A stretch of DNA of 64,000 bases. It comes from Eledone cirrhosa (Eukaryota). Positions 1-11,609 of this stretch are shown here, piece by piece (position 1 is the first letter of the stretch; every line of letters starts with the position of its first letter). A program made the position numbers and the translations under genes. Below the pieces are notes generated by a model, which had not been told where the DNA came from, made no database searches, and saw nothing but the letters and a program-made list of their open reading frames with translations. The stretch spans positions 409,820,001 through 409,884,000 of the forward strand of contig OZ024740.1 of the NCBI GenBank assembly GCA_964016885.1, written 5' to 3'.

Positions 1-146
1 AAGTATCGTCTTCCTGTTTTCCTTCGGTTGCAACATTTTTCGAAATACTTAATTCTGCGTTCACAGATTGATGTTTTTGGTTTCAGAAGCTCCCGTTAAG
101 GGTGAAAGCAACGATTCTTTGCTTAAACTTTAATCTGTTATTTTAA

Positions 147-700
147 TCTATATATGTATGTATATAAAACTGAGGAAGGATGCATGTATATACGTATGTA
201 TGTGTGTATGTGTGTATGTGTGTATGTGTGTATGTGTATGGGGGGGGGGCTGAGAAGTACCCAGCCGATTTTTTTCAAACTTTACATGTGTATTACTTAT
301 GTTTCAGGGAGTGTTATGCACATAAAAACTTCAACTTTTTGACTCCTAGGACCCGCATTAGGTGGAAAACTGCGTTTTTGTTCAGCTTTTTAGGGTTTTT
401 TTTAGGTGTTACGTTAGACTGATTTCCTTGAAATTGTAACTATCTATTAGTCAGTCTCTTCTTCATACCGTGAGCAAAGAAAATCCAACTTTTTAATGGC
501 CTAGCGCTCGCATTAGGTGATTAACTGCATTTTTTCAGCTTTTTAGGGGTGTCAAGGCATATTATGCACATAATATGTCAAGGCATATTATGCACATAAA
601 AAAAATTCATTTTCTTGATCCCCTAGGGCTCGCATTAGGTGAAAACCTGCACTTTTCCTGCTTCACCGAGGAAAATCTTAAAGATTATCCAGCCATCAGA
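147..700 (+). mobile_element. Helitron/DINE-like non-autonomous element with GTAT microsatellite and internal ~140-bp repeats
   Basis: Starts TCTATATATGTATGTATATAAAA, then a (TGTA/TG)n tract and CCGATTTTTTTCAAACTTT. Three diverged copies of CGCATTAGGTG..AACTGC..TTTT..CAGCTT follow. The family assignment is inferred from this architecture. Confidence 0.4.
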
Positions 701-904
701 GTATTCGGTTTATTTTCTTTACATATTGTCCAGGCATCAGTTCAGGTTTCTGCTAATACGCACACGTGTGTGTCGGGGGGGGGGGGATATATATATGTGC
801 GTGTGTGAGTGTGTGTATTAGCAGAATATATGTGTGTATTAGCAGGATATATGTAAAAAAAGAGCTTTGCTAACTTCTATTTTAATTTATTTTCCAATCA
901 CAAG

Positions 905-990
905 GATGCAGTGGATGCATTTGACGCGTATGGGAACAAAGATGTGAATTTGGACGAATTTATCGCATTTTGTACAACACCAAATTTCAA
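905..990 (+). CDS. Internal exon of a divergent calmodulin-like EF-hand protein (DAVDAFDAYGNKDVNLDEFIAFCTTPNF)
   Basis: Pyrimidine tract plus AG acceptor at 903-904 and GTAAGT donor at 991. Contains EF-hand-like loop DAYGNKDVNLDE-F. The phase-2 end joins the 3416 exon in frame. Confidence 0.8.
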
Positions 991-1309
991 GTAAGTATTT
1001 TGCTGTGTTCATTATCAAAATATCGTTGATTTATGGAGAATGAATAATTATCATTTATTTTTCAACTATTAAGTTAGTTGATCATAAAGAAATTAAAGTA
1101 ATCTAAATTATCCCCATGGTAAGTTCTGGGAACAGGTTTGATTCCTCTCCGTTGAATCCATTTCAATATATTTATGATGGTAAAACATTTGATGAAAAGG
1201 CTTGGATGCTACAGTTCCTCTTTCCGTCGTTCCATAAATCATAGGTATGATTTAACATTCCAGCTATGAGCTTGGAAAGCAAACGTAAAATTGCGATGAT
1301 AATGATGGC

Positions 1310-1311
<2 letters not shown>

Positions 1312-1387
<76 letters not shown>
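1312..1387. repeat. (TG)n microsatellite
   Basis: Pure TG dinucleotide run. Confidence 0.98.
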
Positions 1388-1391
<4 letters not shown>

Positions 1392-1879
1392 CGAAACGTC
1401 ATCGATCGAAGGAAACAACACAGGAGAATGATACAGTACAATGATTATATGTATTAGTTTCACGCTTGATATAATGGGAAAAGGTTCTTAATGTTTCAGA
1501 TGTTTGTCCTTCACTAGGAGTTGGAATGAGGGATAGACAAGGGGAAAAAAGAGAGGAAAACGGTAAAAAAAATTACGGGGGGGGGGGGATCACGTATGTA
1601 TTTAGTTGGTCATTGATATATATTCATAGTAAGGTAAACGCCGTTACATAGAGTTATAGTGTAAATGAGAAAAACTCTCTAATGGATGGAGAAAATAAGA
1701 AAGTAACTGCAACAATATTCATCCTCACATGAGAATTATTCTATTTTCTAAGTCAGTATTGTCATTGGAAGTGGGTTTTGTTTGTGATAACATTATGATA
1801 GTGGGTAGTCAATATTTTGAACCTGATGAAACGCAACTGAATACTGCAATGCATTTTATACATTAAGTCCGACAGTCTG

Positions 1880-2420
1880 ATCTGTAGAGCGTCGGACAAC
1901 AAACTTTGCGGCAGATAGTTACGGTTCTTTACATTCTGAGTTCAAATTTCGCCGAGGTTAGCTTTGTCTTTCATCCTTACAGCGTCGATAAATAAGGCAC
2001 CAGTAATGCACTGAGGTTCATTTAATCGTCTTTCCCTTCCCCTCAAAATTGTTGGCCTTGTTCCTAAATCAGAAACCATTATTACCTAAAATAATAATTG
2101 TTTCTACTTTTGGCACAAGGCAGTACATTACTGATAATTTATTTTATCGACCCCGTAAAATAATAATGATTTCAAATATTGGTAAAAGAAATATAGCTAC
2201 AGCCTGCAAAGCATTTTGTAAGTTTCACTTTTCTCTCTTTGACACTACATCACCTTTTTTATTATTATTTTTCCAGCGTAGTTACGTCCCTTTGCGATCT
2301 GAGTTCAAATCCCGCCGAGGTTAACTTTGCCTTTCATCCTTACGGGGTCGATAAAATAAAGTACCAGTAATTATACTGGGTTATTGCTGGCCTTGTGCCA
2401 AAAAGTAGAAACAATTATTT
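1880..2420 (+). mobile_element. Cluster of copies and fragments of the dominant octopod-type SINE
   Basis: CTGAGTTCAAAT..CGCCGAGGTT..CTTTG.CTTTCATCCTTAC..GTCGATAAA..AAG.ACCAGT core at ~1935 and ~2300, plus an inverted tail fragment at ~2095-2160. Confidence 0.85.
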
Positions 2421-2644
2421 TTCCTTCATTTGAACGTTATTTACGAACTAATCAACCACTATGCGAATATAACTATTATTCGAAATTAATTGTATAACTA
2501 TTAAGCTGAAACCCAACCCTTCGTTGCTTACATGTATGTATATAGACACAAGACTCTTTCATTGGAATTTAGTCAACATAACCTAGGTAGATGTTAACGA
2601 CAGCAACAGTTGACTGATAAAATGACAAGTCAGTGAATCATATC

Positions 2645-2842
2645 GGTGGCCTCCCCATAGCCACGGCGGACAGAATGGAGAAGGTGTTTTCCCGGAGGAC
2701 GGCAATGGAGACGCGCTGGAAAAGCTATTCCAACTCGCGAGACTCACACCTGCGGCTGGTCAGCTCAGCGCCTATGGTGGTGAGTAGGGAGGTAGCCCTT
2801 GGTCCGAGGACACCAGAAGTCTTCACTGCCAAAGGTACGAGC
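2645..2842 (-). mobile_element. 3' fragment of CRE-like non-LTR retrotransposon (REL endonuclease tail)
   Basis: Reverse complement is homologous to 14500-14710 (VP.AV.TSGVLGP.A.SLLTTIGAE..SRRCE.RELE..FQRVS.AVLR.N.FSILS). Confidence 0.75.
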
Positions 2843-3415
2843 GAAAAAAGATGTAGTGGAATCTGAGGCAGGCCATCATAGAAAGTAGGTTTTATACGCG
2901 ACTGATGATCAGTAGCAAGCGCCCACAGGGTACTCGCTCCCTAAAATTTCCAGATAATCGGCACTTTCTGTTACCTGGGTAATGAAATCAACAGTGAAGG
3001 ATGGTGTTCCGAAATCACAGCAGCCAGAGCTAGAACGGCACGGAGAAGGTTCAGAGAGACAATACTGCTGCCAGCTACTTATAGCAACATTCTGATGCTT
3101 TGCCTCTCCTAAAAGAATAATTCCATTCATTTATCTTAAAGTAAATCATTGTAATTTAATTCCAGCCAAATCATAGCCAAATATGTGCTTTCTCGTCTAT
3201 ATATATGATTTCATTGTTCAATATAGGCTTTGTCTTTCTTAAGTTAGTAAGGAGTGTTTTGTATGAGATTTGGCAGTTATTACCAGCAGGTCGTGTAATC
3301 ACATAGAGATTCTCAAATTGGTAGGTTCTTTTTGTTTATGTTTCTTCTTTTTTTCATTTTTCAACGCATCCGTATTTCTACAAGAAAAGTAAATCACATT
3401 TTGTTTGCTTTTCAG

Positions 3416-3650
3416 TACAAGATTTGATAGACAACGAACCTACTATATGTTGAGAAATGGCAAAGATGGTTTAAGGGATGTCACACGAAAAGTAATTCGC
3501 GATGCATTGGAGCAGATTTCAGTAAATGTAAATCACCCTGACATACGGGAAGCTTTGGGTGATTTGTCTAGCTCAGACGATGACGAGGTTCCAGCTGTCA
3601 AGGTCATTAAAATGAAATTAATAATTGAGAAGTATTTGAAAAACAAATGA
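3416..3650 (+). CDS. Terminal exon of the calmodulin-like EF-hand protein (degenerate EF3/EF4)
   Basis: TTTTCAG acceptor at 3415, then an open frame TRFDRQ...KDGLRDVTRKVIRDALEQISVNVNHPDIREALGDLSSSDDDEV...KNK*. Spacing matches the calmodulin C-lobe. Polyadenylation signal lies downstream. Confidence 0.8.
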
Positions 3651-3700
3651 GTTGTAAAACCGCCGGAGTAATGGAATGCAAATAATAATTTTGTATATGA

Positions 3701-3706
3701 AATAAA
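3701..3706 (+). terminator. Polyadenylation signal AATAAA of the EF-hand gene
   Basis: AATAAA about 50 nt after the stop codon, followed by T-rich downstream sequence. Confidence 0.6.
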
Positions 3707-3798
3707 GATTACTCGAAAATTCTGAAAATTTGTTAGTTCTTTTTTTTTTCTAGTTATTTAGGACCGTTTACTTCTGTCTACCTCCCCCTCCCCTCTCA

Positions 3799-3831
<33 letters not shown>

Positions 3832-4395
3832 TCACACTCACACTCACACTCACACACACACACACTTTCCCTATATATATATAAATGGAAGTTTGGTAAA
3901 ATCGAAGCTTCGGCTGTTGCCAAGCCAACGAGATACAATCAGGAAGTATGCAGCCAAGCACTCAATGAGGAATCTCAGAGTAATAACATTCGTTTGACGG
4001 TATGACAAATTGAAAACTGTGGCAGGCAGGCCCAGCCACGACACCGAAGCAACGAGAAAACCAACAGGTTAATAAAAGCAAATATATATATATATATATA
4101 TACACAGAGGTATCCACAGTAAGTTGTGGGGTCTATTCTGTATGAAGAACTCAATGTAATCCATATGTCGAAAATGTTGTAGGTTAAGATAAATCTCAGA
4201 AAACAATAAAATATTAAAAGGAAAACAGAGTCATGATATAAGTTAAAACAATGAAATAAAAAATCAAGTCATTATAGATATACTTCACTGCTTTACGATC
4301 GTTTCTAGATGGTGATAATACATTGTATCTATACTCAGTTATTGATCTATGTAAGTTTACAAACTATCAGATAGAGAGAATATTTACTTACATAC

Positions 4396-4442
<47 letters not shown>

Positions 4443-4524
4443 GAGATAATCGGAACAAGTAAAATTCAAACAATCTTTCAAAATAAATTCAAAAAATATA
4501 ATTTAAATATTTACCTATCCATAT

Positions 4525-4605
4525 TGCTTTTACCGACGGTTTCGCCTCACAAAAGATTGGAAATCCGAGGGACTACCAATGGGAAGTTCGGCTCTTCAGA
4601 AAGCA
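4525..4605 (-). ncRNA. Type I hammerhead ribozyme motif
   Basis: Minus strand reads UGCUUU-CUGAAGA-GCC[43 nt]GGC-GAAA-CCGUCGG-UA-AAAGCA. The core is complete, with a 6-bp stem I, a G-C closed stem II, stem III ACC/GGU and a GUA cleavage triplet. Confidence 0.85.
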
Positions 4606-4949
4606 TTTTCCCCTGCATAGGACATAAAGTCGGTAAATATATTGCCTTCAGCCAGCTAGTGCAGGATCGAATGAGGCCGTAAACGTGACCTATACGTGAA
4701 CTGGTCGTTAATAGAAACGGGAGTAGCATAGACGTGTTGTCTGCCACACCACTAAAAATAGCAGCTAGGTAAACAACGGATTTTTTCTCTACACTTGGGA
4801 GAATTTACATAAAATGAGATCAATATCCCCTCAGCTACTAAGTACCCTCGGTAATATATAGGGTGTCTATGATACAGTTGTTGTGAAACTCATTTTTGCA
4901 TCTAGAAGATCCCGTTAAGGGTGAAAGCCTTTGCTTAAACTTTAATCTG

Positions 4950-4950
<1 letters not shown>

Positions 4951-5036
<86 letters not shown>
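4951..5036. repeat. (TA)n microsatellite
   Basis: Pure TA run, one of many in the window. Confidence 0.98.
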
Positions 5037-5039
<3 letters not shown>

Positions 5040-5244
5040 AAAAAAGATGAAATCGAGAATGCGACCGGAGTCTTTTTTCAAAAAATATATTTATTTGGTT
5101 CCTTTACCGGTTTCGCAGTTCTTGTGCTTTTCAAAAGTAGAATTGAGATGTAGGGTTTGTGGTTTTTCTCACATCTGGTTGGTCTTAGAATGTTACTTCT
5201 GTTTTATATGGAAAAAAGTGGCTCTAAATGCTAGGTTTTTAGAG

Positions 5245-5812
5245 AAGTAATTTGGTTGGTTGATGACTGTGAATAAGTATAATAAATTTCGCGCCAGTTC
5301 GCGTTACAAAGTTCTTATATTTGCCTTAAAAAAAGAGGGGCTCAGATTGTTTTTCATATATGAGTGAAGTCTGGTTGGTTGATGCAGTCACGTGAATAAG
5401 CACATCAGCTTTCGTGCCAGTTTGTGTTTGAATTTCTTTCTACTTAAAAAAAAAGGTGGGTCACGAAGGCTTTTTTTATAAATGTAATTTGATTGGTTAT
5501 AAATGAAATTATGACAGTCACGTGAACAAGTACATTAAATTTCGCGCCCGTATTTTGGAATTTTTTTTGTAGCGATTTAGAGAATTTTGTGCCAAACAAA
5601 AGATAATGGTCAAGAAAAGAGGATGGAGAGAGTTGTTCTGGTTCAGTGCTGAAATGTAATTTGGTTGGTTATAAATGAAATTATGACTGTCACGTGAACA
5701 AGTACATTAAATTTCGCGCCCGTATTTGGGAATTTCTTTTGTAGCAATTTAGAGAATTTTGTGCCAAACAAAAGAAAAACAGGATGGGGAGAATTGTTCT
5801 GGTTCAGTGAAT
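5245..5812. repeat. Diverged tandem repeats (120-170 bp units)
   Basis: Four occurrences of TGGTTGGTT...GTGAA.AAG.A.A..A.ATTTCG.GCC. Segments 5480-5648 and 5652-5809 are a close direct duplication. Confidence 0.75.
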
Positions 5813-6262
5813 ATGGTTGGTTCACTGGGGTGTCAAAATTCAGACTTTCTATTGAAATAAAGAAAGTAGAGATATGTATGTTTATGTGGGGGGGGGGTAT
5901 GGTTAGCATGTTAAGATGAAGAGAATATATATATATTGTGCGCGTGTGTTGGAAAATGATTCCGTTAGTAGAAATGGGGGAAGGAGTTATGTATATGTGG
6001 GGGGGGGGGTTTAGCATGTTCAGGTGTTAGAGTATTAACGTATGTTAAGGTTTATTTAGCTCTGGTTTTATTTTCGAAAATAGAAGGTGTTATGTGTGTA
6101 TGTATGTGTCTGTTAGCATGTTATGGTGTTCACATAATGTATATTAAACTATATTTAATGCTGGTCAATATTTTTGAATAAACATATTTTCCTTATTTAT
6201 TCGTATTTGTTCTGTTGTATTGTCAGCGCAAAGATAACATGGGAAGACTATATATATATATA

Positions 6263-7548
6263 TAGGGCGGGTAAAATTCCCGAGATCCATGGACGAGTTC
6301 TCTCCAGTGGTTTCTGTCCTTCATAATCGCCACCATTTCCTGCGTCTTCAAGAGACCAGTGTCTGTCCTTAGGGCATCAATATATGTCAACCTCAGCCTC
6401 CCTCTTCTAGTCTGTCTGTGTAGGGGCTCCCACAGGAGCACTGAGTGCAATGTCAACTTTGGCTGTCGGTGAGCATGTCCAGCTAACCTCAGTCTCCTCT
6501 GTGTTACTTTCGATCTGACTTTTGGGAGACTCCTGTACAGTTCTGAGTTCTTCATTCCTCAGTGTATACTGATTAATGTTCAGAGCCATCCTCAGCATTC
6601 TCGTGTAGCACCCATCCACAATCTGAGTGAGTTTCTTGATCAGTGTCCATGTTTCAGACCCGTACAGGAGCACAGATTTCACTGTAGCAACGAAGAGACG
6701 GATCTTCGGGTCTTTACGAAGGCCCGACTTCCAAGCTGATCTCAAACTGTGGCACGCTGCCCAGGCTTTGCTCTTCCTCTCAACCACATCATCCTCTGTG
6801 TTCCCAATTTTTGCTCTCAGACACAGGAAGTCATCAACCAACTCTAGCGGCTTCCCGCTTACATCCATAATCTTCTCTGGCTTCTTAATGTTCTCTACCA
6901 GATACTTCGTCTTAATCTCATTCATTGTCAGCTCCTCACTCATCGACACTGTCTCCACCTCCTGCATCAACCCCTCTGCCTCCTTCACTGTATTTGTCAC
7001 CAGAACTATGTCGTCAGCAAATTCAGCATCTGATACCTTTTTAGCCTTAACTCTTCTGCTCTGAGCCAGTGCTACAGTAAAGCCAGAGTCCTGGTGTTTC
7101 TCCAGTGCAAGGCGCATACAATAGTCCACTGCGATGATAAAAGGGTAGGGAGCCAATGTATCTCCCTGGAGCACTCCAGCCAGTATCTCAAAGAACTCCG
7201 TCGTCCCGTCAGGTGTAATGACTTGGGCTCTGGTGTTGGTGTAGAGCAGTGATATCAGGACCACTATCTTCTTGGGGGTTCCATAAGCCTGTAAATCTTC
7301 ATTAGGCAGTGACGCTCCACAGAATCAAAGGCCTTCCTAAAGTCAATGAAAACCATGACAACAGGAAGGCTCTTTGCCCTAGCTCCCTCTAATAACCCCT
7401 CAGCATCAGGATGTGACTGGTGGTTGATCTTCCCTCTCTGAAGCCGTTCTGGTTGTCCCTGAGCTTCTTCTACATCTCGAGCTGGGTGCTGTTAAGAATC
7501 ATCCTGTTGAGGGTCTTTGCTACAAGTGACGTCAGTGAGATCCCCCTG
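6263..7548 (-). mobile_element. 5'-truncated RTE-clade LINE (RT and C-terminus), frameshifted
   Basis: GVLQGDTLAPY.FII, FADD, SVLLYGSETW and RRLRLAGH motifs in ORFs 6407-7264 and 6223-6555. Both ends abut (TA)n. Confidence 0.92.
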
Positions 7549-7868
7549 TATATATATAATTCAAATTTTAAAATATAATATATGCATATATAGTCATATA
7601 TTTTTAGGGAAACTTATTGTATTCTGTACATATATTTTATCGTATGTATATATTTATATATTTATATATTTATATATATATATAAATATAGTTGTTATAT
7701 AGTAAGGTGCATTATTGGTTGTGTAAAATGGTCCAATAACTTTATGTTAGCAATATTAAGTTCTCCACACTTTTGTATATCTCCAATTCCATTCGAGGGA
7801 ACAGCTAGATGATGTAAAACGGAGTATAAGTATCAAAGGGAAAATCCGAAGGCAAGGTAAAATTCCAG

Positions 7869-7956
7869 TCATTTAATCACGACACATGTTTCAATAAGAG
7901 ATAGATCGATTGTGAAGCCATGATCGATTATCACTGATCTCATCAGGTGAAAATGA
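7869..7956 (-). ncRNA. Type I hammerhead ribozyme motif (inverted copy)
   Basis: Exact reverse complement of 8583-8670. Confidence 0.78.
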
Positions 7957-8582
7957 ATTGTCTTCAAATTCTTGATATGAGGGAGAAAAAATAACGATGT
8001 TCTCTCACAGAATTTATTCATTTTCAGATTTCTATCGCTGCAAAAGACGCTGGACATCAATCAAATCTGTAGGTATACAGTCAGTCACAGTTAAAAGTGA
8101 GTGGGTACACACACACTCCACACCTACATACATCGGCTCGAGGTCAAAGAAAAATATATACATATATATACACACATCAACACAGTATTAAACCCGTAGA
8201 ATTGGCGTGGGTGGGTACACACACACTTTCACACACACCGAAGCGATGTCCGAGAAAAAAACATATAATAAAACAAATATAAGAATGTACCAACAAAGCA
8301 ACAGAAGCTATGTCGGTCAAATCTCAATTTGACGATGTAAATTGGAAATATTGGGTTAACCAACGCCCCCCCCCCCCCCCCCCCCCGCGTGTGCGCGAGC
8401 GCGCAAGTAAGTTCAGTTCAGTTCTTTTGCAGCGATAGAAATCTGAAAACTTTTCTGACCTCAACTAAAGCTAATACCAGTCGCCTTGTCTCTCGCTGAC
8501 TGGTGTGTCTCCATATGAGGGAATGAATTCTGTGAGAGAACATCGTATTTTTTCTCCCTCATATCAAGAATTTGAAGACAAT

Positions 8583-8670
8583 TCATTTTCACCTGATGAG
8601 ATCAGTGATAATCGATCATGGCTTCACAATCGATCTATCTCTTATTGAAACATGTGTCGTGATTAAATGA
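8583..8670 (+). ncRNA. Type I hammerhead ribozyme motif with long stem II
   Basis: UCAUUUUCAC-CUGAUGA-[47-nt hairpin GAUCAGUGAUA..UAUCUCUUAUU]-GAAAC-AUGU-GUC-GUGAUUAAAUGA. Stem I is UCAC/GUGA plus UCAUUU/AAAUGA, stem III contains palindromic ACAUGU, and the triplet is GUC. Confidence 0.78.
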
Positions 8671-9042
8671 TTGGATTTTACCTTGCCTTCGGATTTTCAT
8701 TTTGATATATATAAATATATATATATACACACACACACCCATTTCAGGGGTAACTTTCTTTCAAAGTATTTTCCTATTATGCGCGGTTTGAGCTGTATTA
8801 AATTACAGACAAGCACACAATCACAGAGTTTTTGTAGTAGATAGATAGATAACCAGCTGCTATGAAAATGAAAGGGAGCGATCAGAACAGTTTTCTTATT
8901 ACTCACTAAGTGCTACGACTGGTTCCACGGCCTGAATGCTGTGTCTTCCTGAAGTTGTTTCTACCATTCTGTGCCTCGTTAGCTGTACACATCTACGGCA
9001 TGACGGTGGCAGTATGCTATAAGATCCTTTGTTCAGTAAGCC

Positions 9043-9175
9043 TAGCGCATGGCTTAGTGGTTAGAGCATTGGGCTTGCAATCGAAAGGTTGTGAGTTCAA
9101 TTCTCGGACCGGGTGATGTGTTGTTTCCTTGCGCAAGACACTTTATTTCACGTTGCTCCAGTTTACTCAGCTGGG
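9043..9175 (+). mobile_element. tRNA-derived SINE head
   Basis: A box TGGCTTAGTGG and B box GAGTTCAATTC, followed by TTCCTTG.GCAAGACACTTTATTTCAC. Related copies at ~34045, ~41550 and ~53157. Confidence 0.75.
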
Positions 9176-9579
9176 TCCCTATCATTAAATTACCCAAGAC
9201 ACCTCCAACGAGATATACCTTGGAGGAGGCCAGCTAAACCTGCATAGGTGTGAGCTGTCACATACACAAGCCTGGCTACATATGTGTATAAAGAACTAGA
9301 TCTTCCAATGTGACACTTCTTAATTTGAGATGGTACACTGTGTATTGTGGGAAATTTACTGCTATAATAGGTAAAGGTTGGTATGAGTTAATTATGGAAA
9401 GAAGAGCTGGGTTAGGTCACATATACTCGTATATTTACTTTATTGAAAATCTTTCTTTGGATTACAGCAATGTTTCCCATAATGGTGTCAATTCAATCGA
9501 TTCTACTACACATCATATAATTCTGTCGCCAATATATTTCAGCGTTTTAGATTAAACGGAGACATACTCTGTATTTAAG

Positions 9580-9975
9580 AGGAACACCTTCCTCTCCGTT
9601 TATCTTATCCCCTTTTTCAAATACCATTTTAAAAGGAATGTGAGGGTGGAGAGTGAGATGTTGCATCCCTGTAAATTTGCTGAAAGGTGGATGAATGTGA
9701 TGAAAATGGCCCGAGTGGATGGGCCTACTCTGTATTCAAAACTGTATGTTGAAGAAAACAAGAGAGAAGACGAGAGCACTTACCAAACATGCCCTCGGTG
9801 TTGAGGGATGTTCTATCTAGTGGGTGTAAAACAACCTCGCAGTGACGTTACTTCCTATTGGCGATTTCGATTGTTTATTTATAATTTTTTAATTTATTTA
9901 GACGCTTCCATGTAAAACAACCGCCGTTGCACGTCTTGTAGTGATTCATTTCTTGTGTGCTCTTGTGGCAAATAA
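9580..9975 (+). mobile_element. 3' remnant of an L1/Tx1-like LINE
   Basis: Translates FFKYHFKRNVRVESEMLHPCKFAERWMNVMKM, resembling Tx1-type ORF2 C-termini. Followed by a UTR and AATAAA. Confidence 0.4.
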
Positions 9976-10282
9976 AGAAATCTATATTTAAGAGGAACAT
10001 TGTGACGTTTGTAACTTTCTTCATATTAGTTATATAAATAAAGTGAAATGATTCAAGTTAGAATTGAAAACACATCGCTGTTTTAACATACTAATGGGAG
10101 TAGTTTATATTTTGCTTTTTAACTCCCACCAACATTCAGTAGAATAAATGTTAGCTTCAGTAAATCTTTCGAAGGAAACTAAGCAACCATAAATATTTGT
10201 ACGCACCATCAGTTAAGTTAAAAAAAAAATATATATATATAAGAGGGTATTGAAGTTTGCTTGAAGCATTGTGGAATAATAA

Positions 10283-10875
10283 GATATATTTTCTTTTGGT
10301 CGTTTTGGAAGCCTCAACAATGCAGATGGGTAATTCTCCGGGTAACAAGATCCGGTGGTGAAGAGAGAGATGTAAGTGAATGTAGAATGAGATGTATAGT
10401 GTGTAGAAGAACGTAGGAAAGAGCGTAAAAAATAAAAATAATAACACGAGATAGAGTTACCTTGGGAGAGATTTCATTGTCCCTATATTTCGGATTCACA
10501 TCCATCAACTGGGGTTTTTCCGGGGGGGGGGGGGTATCTGTTGGGGAGGAGCGATACGTTTCCTCTGCTGTTCGTTGTTTTGAATATCTCAAAATATTCA
10601 AAACAACGAACAGCAGAGGACACGTATCGCCCTTCTCCGACAGATAACCTCCCCCCCCCCCCCCCCAGTTGATGGATGTGAATCCGAAATATAGGGACAA
10701 TTAAATCTCTCCCAAGGTAACTCTATCTCGTGTTATTTTTATTTTTTACGCTCTTTCCTACGTTCTAACACTATACATCTCATTCTACATTCACTTACAT
10801 CTCTCTCTTCACCACCGGATCTTGTTACCCGGAGAATTACCCATCTGCATTGTTGAGGCCAAAAGAAAATATATC
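10283..10875. repeat. ~590-bp fold-back palindrome
   Basis: Near-perfect reverse-complement arms around a 6-nt loop (CTCAAA, 10588-10593). Confidence 0.95.
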
Positions 10876-11281
10876 ATATATATATATTGTCCTGTGCGCT
10901 CTCTATTTTGAATTTATATTCTAAAGACTTAGTCATGGATGCATTTTCTGAAACTATCATATAATAGACACCTCACCGCCCACCGTGATTCCCCTATCCT
11001 CCATTTTTAGTTTTTCTATGCCTCAGTGTCCTTCTTTGTCGGCACGTTGGACAACAGTCCTTTCTCTTCTGTTTTACTATTTCTCTCCTTTCTATATTTT
11101 TCTCCTTTAGCTAAGCCCTTGTACACTCAAAATTTGTGTAATTTGCCGAAACCCGTAACTTGTGCACTGTAATGAATGGTATCGGCCTTAATAAACCAAA
11201 ACCGTAGTGATTTCCAGAGGTTGACTGAGAAGATGGGGCTCTCCGTCTCTCCGTTGTTTTTCTCCTGTGCGCTCCCCACTT

Positions 11282-11336
<55 letters not shown>

Positions 11337-11414
11337 CAAAGGAATTGTGGTAAGGAACCAGATGGACCATAACGCACCAGAATACTCAATAGTTAGGGTA
11401 GTAGAGTAGGAAAT

Positions 11415-11524
11415 AGGAAAAAGTATGACCCCGACGTCAGAGCTCAAGCCGTTTCGACGGCTATTTCTGGACAGAAATAGCCGTCGAAACGGCTTGTGCT
11501 CTGCCGTCGGGGTCATACTTTTTC

Positions 11525-11526
<2 letters not shown>
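11415..11526. repeat. 112-bp hairpin at the end of a dispersed repeat
   Basis: AGGAAAAAGTATGACCCCGACG...CTG-GA-CAG...CGTCGGGGTCATACTTTTTCCT with 2 mismatches. A related copy is at 49564-49674. Confidence 0.92.
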
Positions 11527-11567
<41 letters not shown>

Positions 11568-11609
11568 CAACAAATAGAAAACTCCATGGTCATCAGCCGT
11601 CGAAATGAA

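Larger units (their letters stand above)
7831..8706. mobile_element. Penelope-like or retrozyme-like element with inverted arms (7831-8047 and 8422-8706)
   Basis: The arms are reverse complements, with the left arm lacking ~70 bp. Each carries an identical hammerhead motif. Inverted pLTR arrangements are known for Penelope-like elements. Confidence 0.65.

Noticed and set aside
83-150. CAGAAGC-TCCC-GTTAA-GGGT-GAAA hammerhead-like motif, repeated at 4901-4950
   Set aside because: The shared repeat is real, but the core is mutated in both copies and no stem I or cleavage triplet is convincing.
1172-1463. HTHT, CVCV, YIYI and ERER ORFs here and elsewhere
   Set aside because: Microsatellite translation artefacts.
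4288-4340. Minus-strand CUGAGUA-UAGAU..AUCUA-GAAACGAUCGUA
   Set aside because: G8 is substituted and there is no stem I pairing; at best a dead hammerhead relic.
9043-9115. Possible tRNA gene
   Set aside because: There is no clean acceptor stem or terminator. It continues into a SINE body with diverged copies elsewhere.
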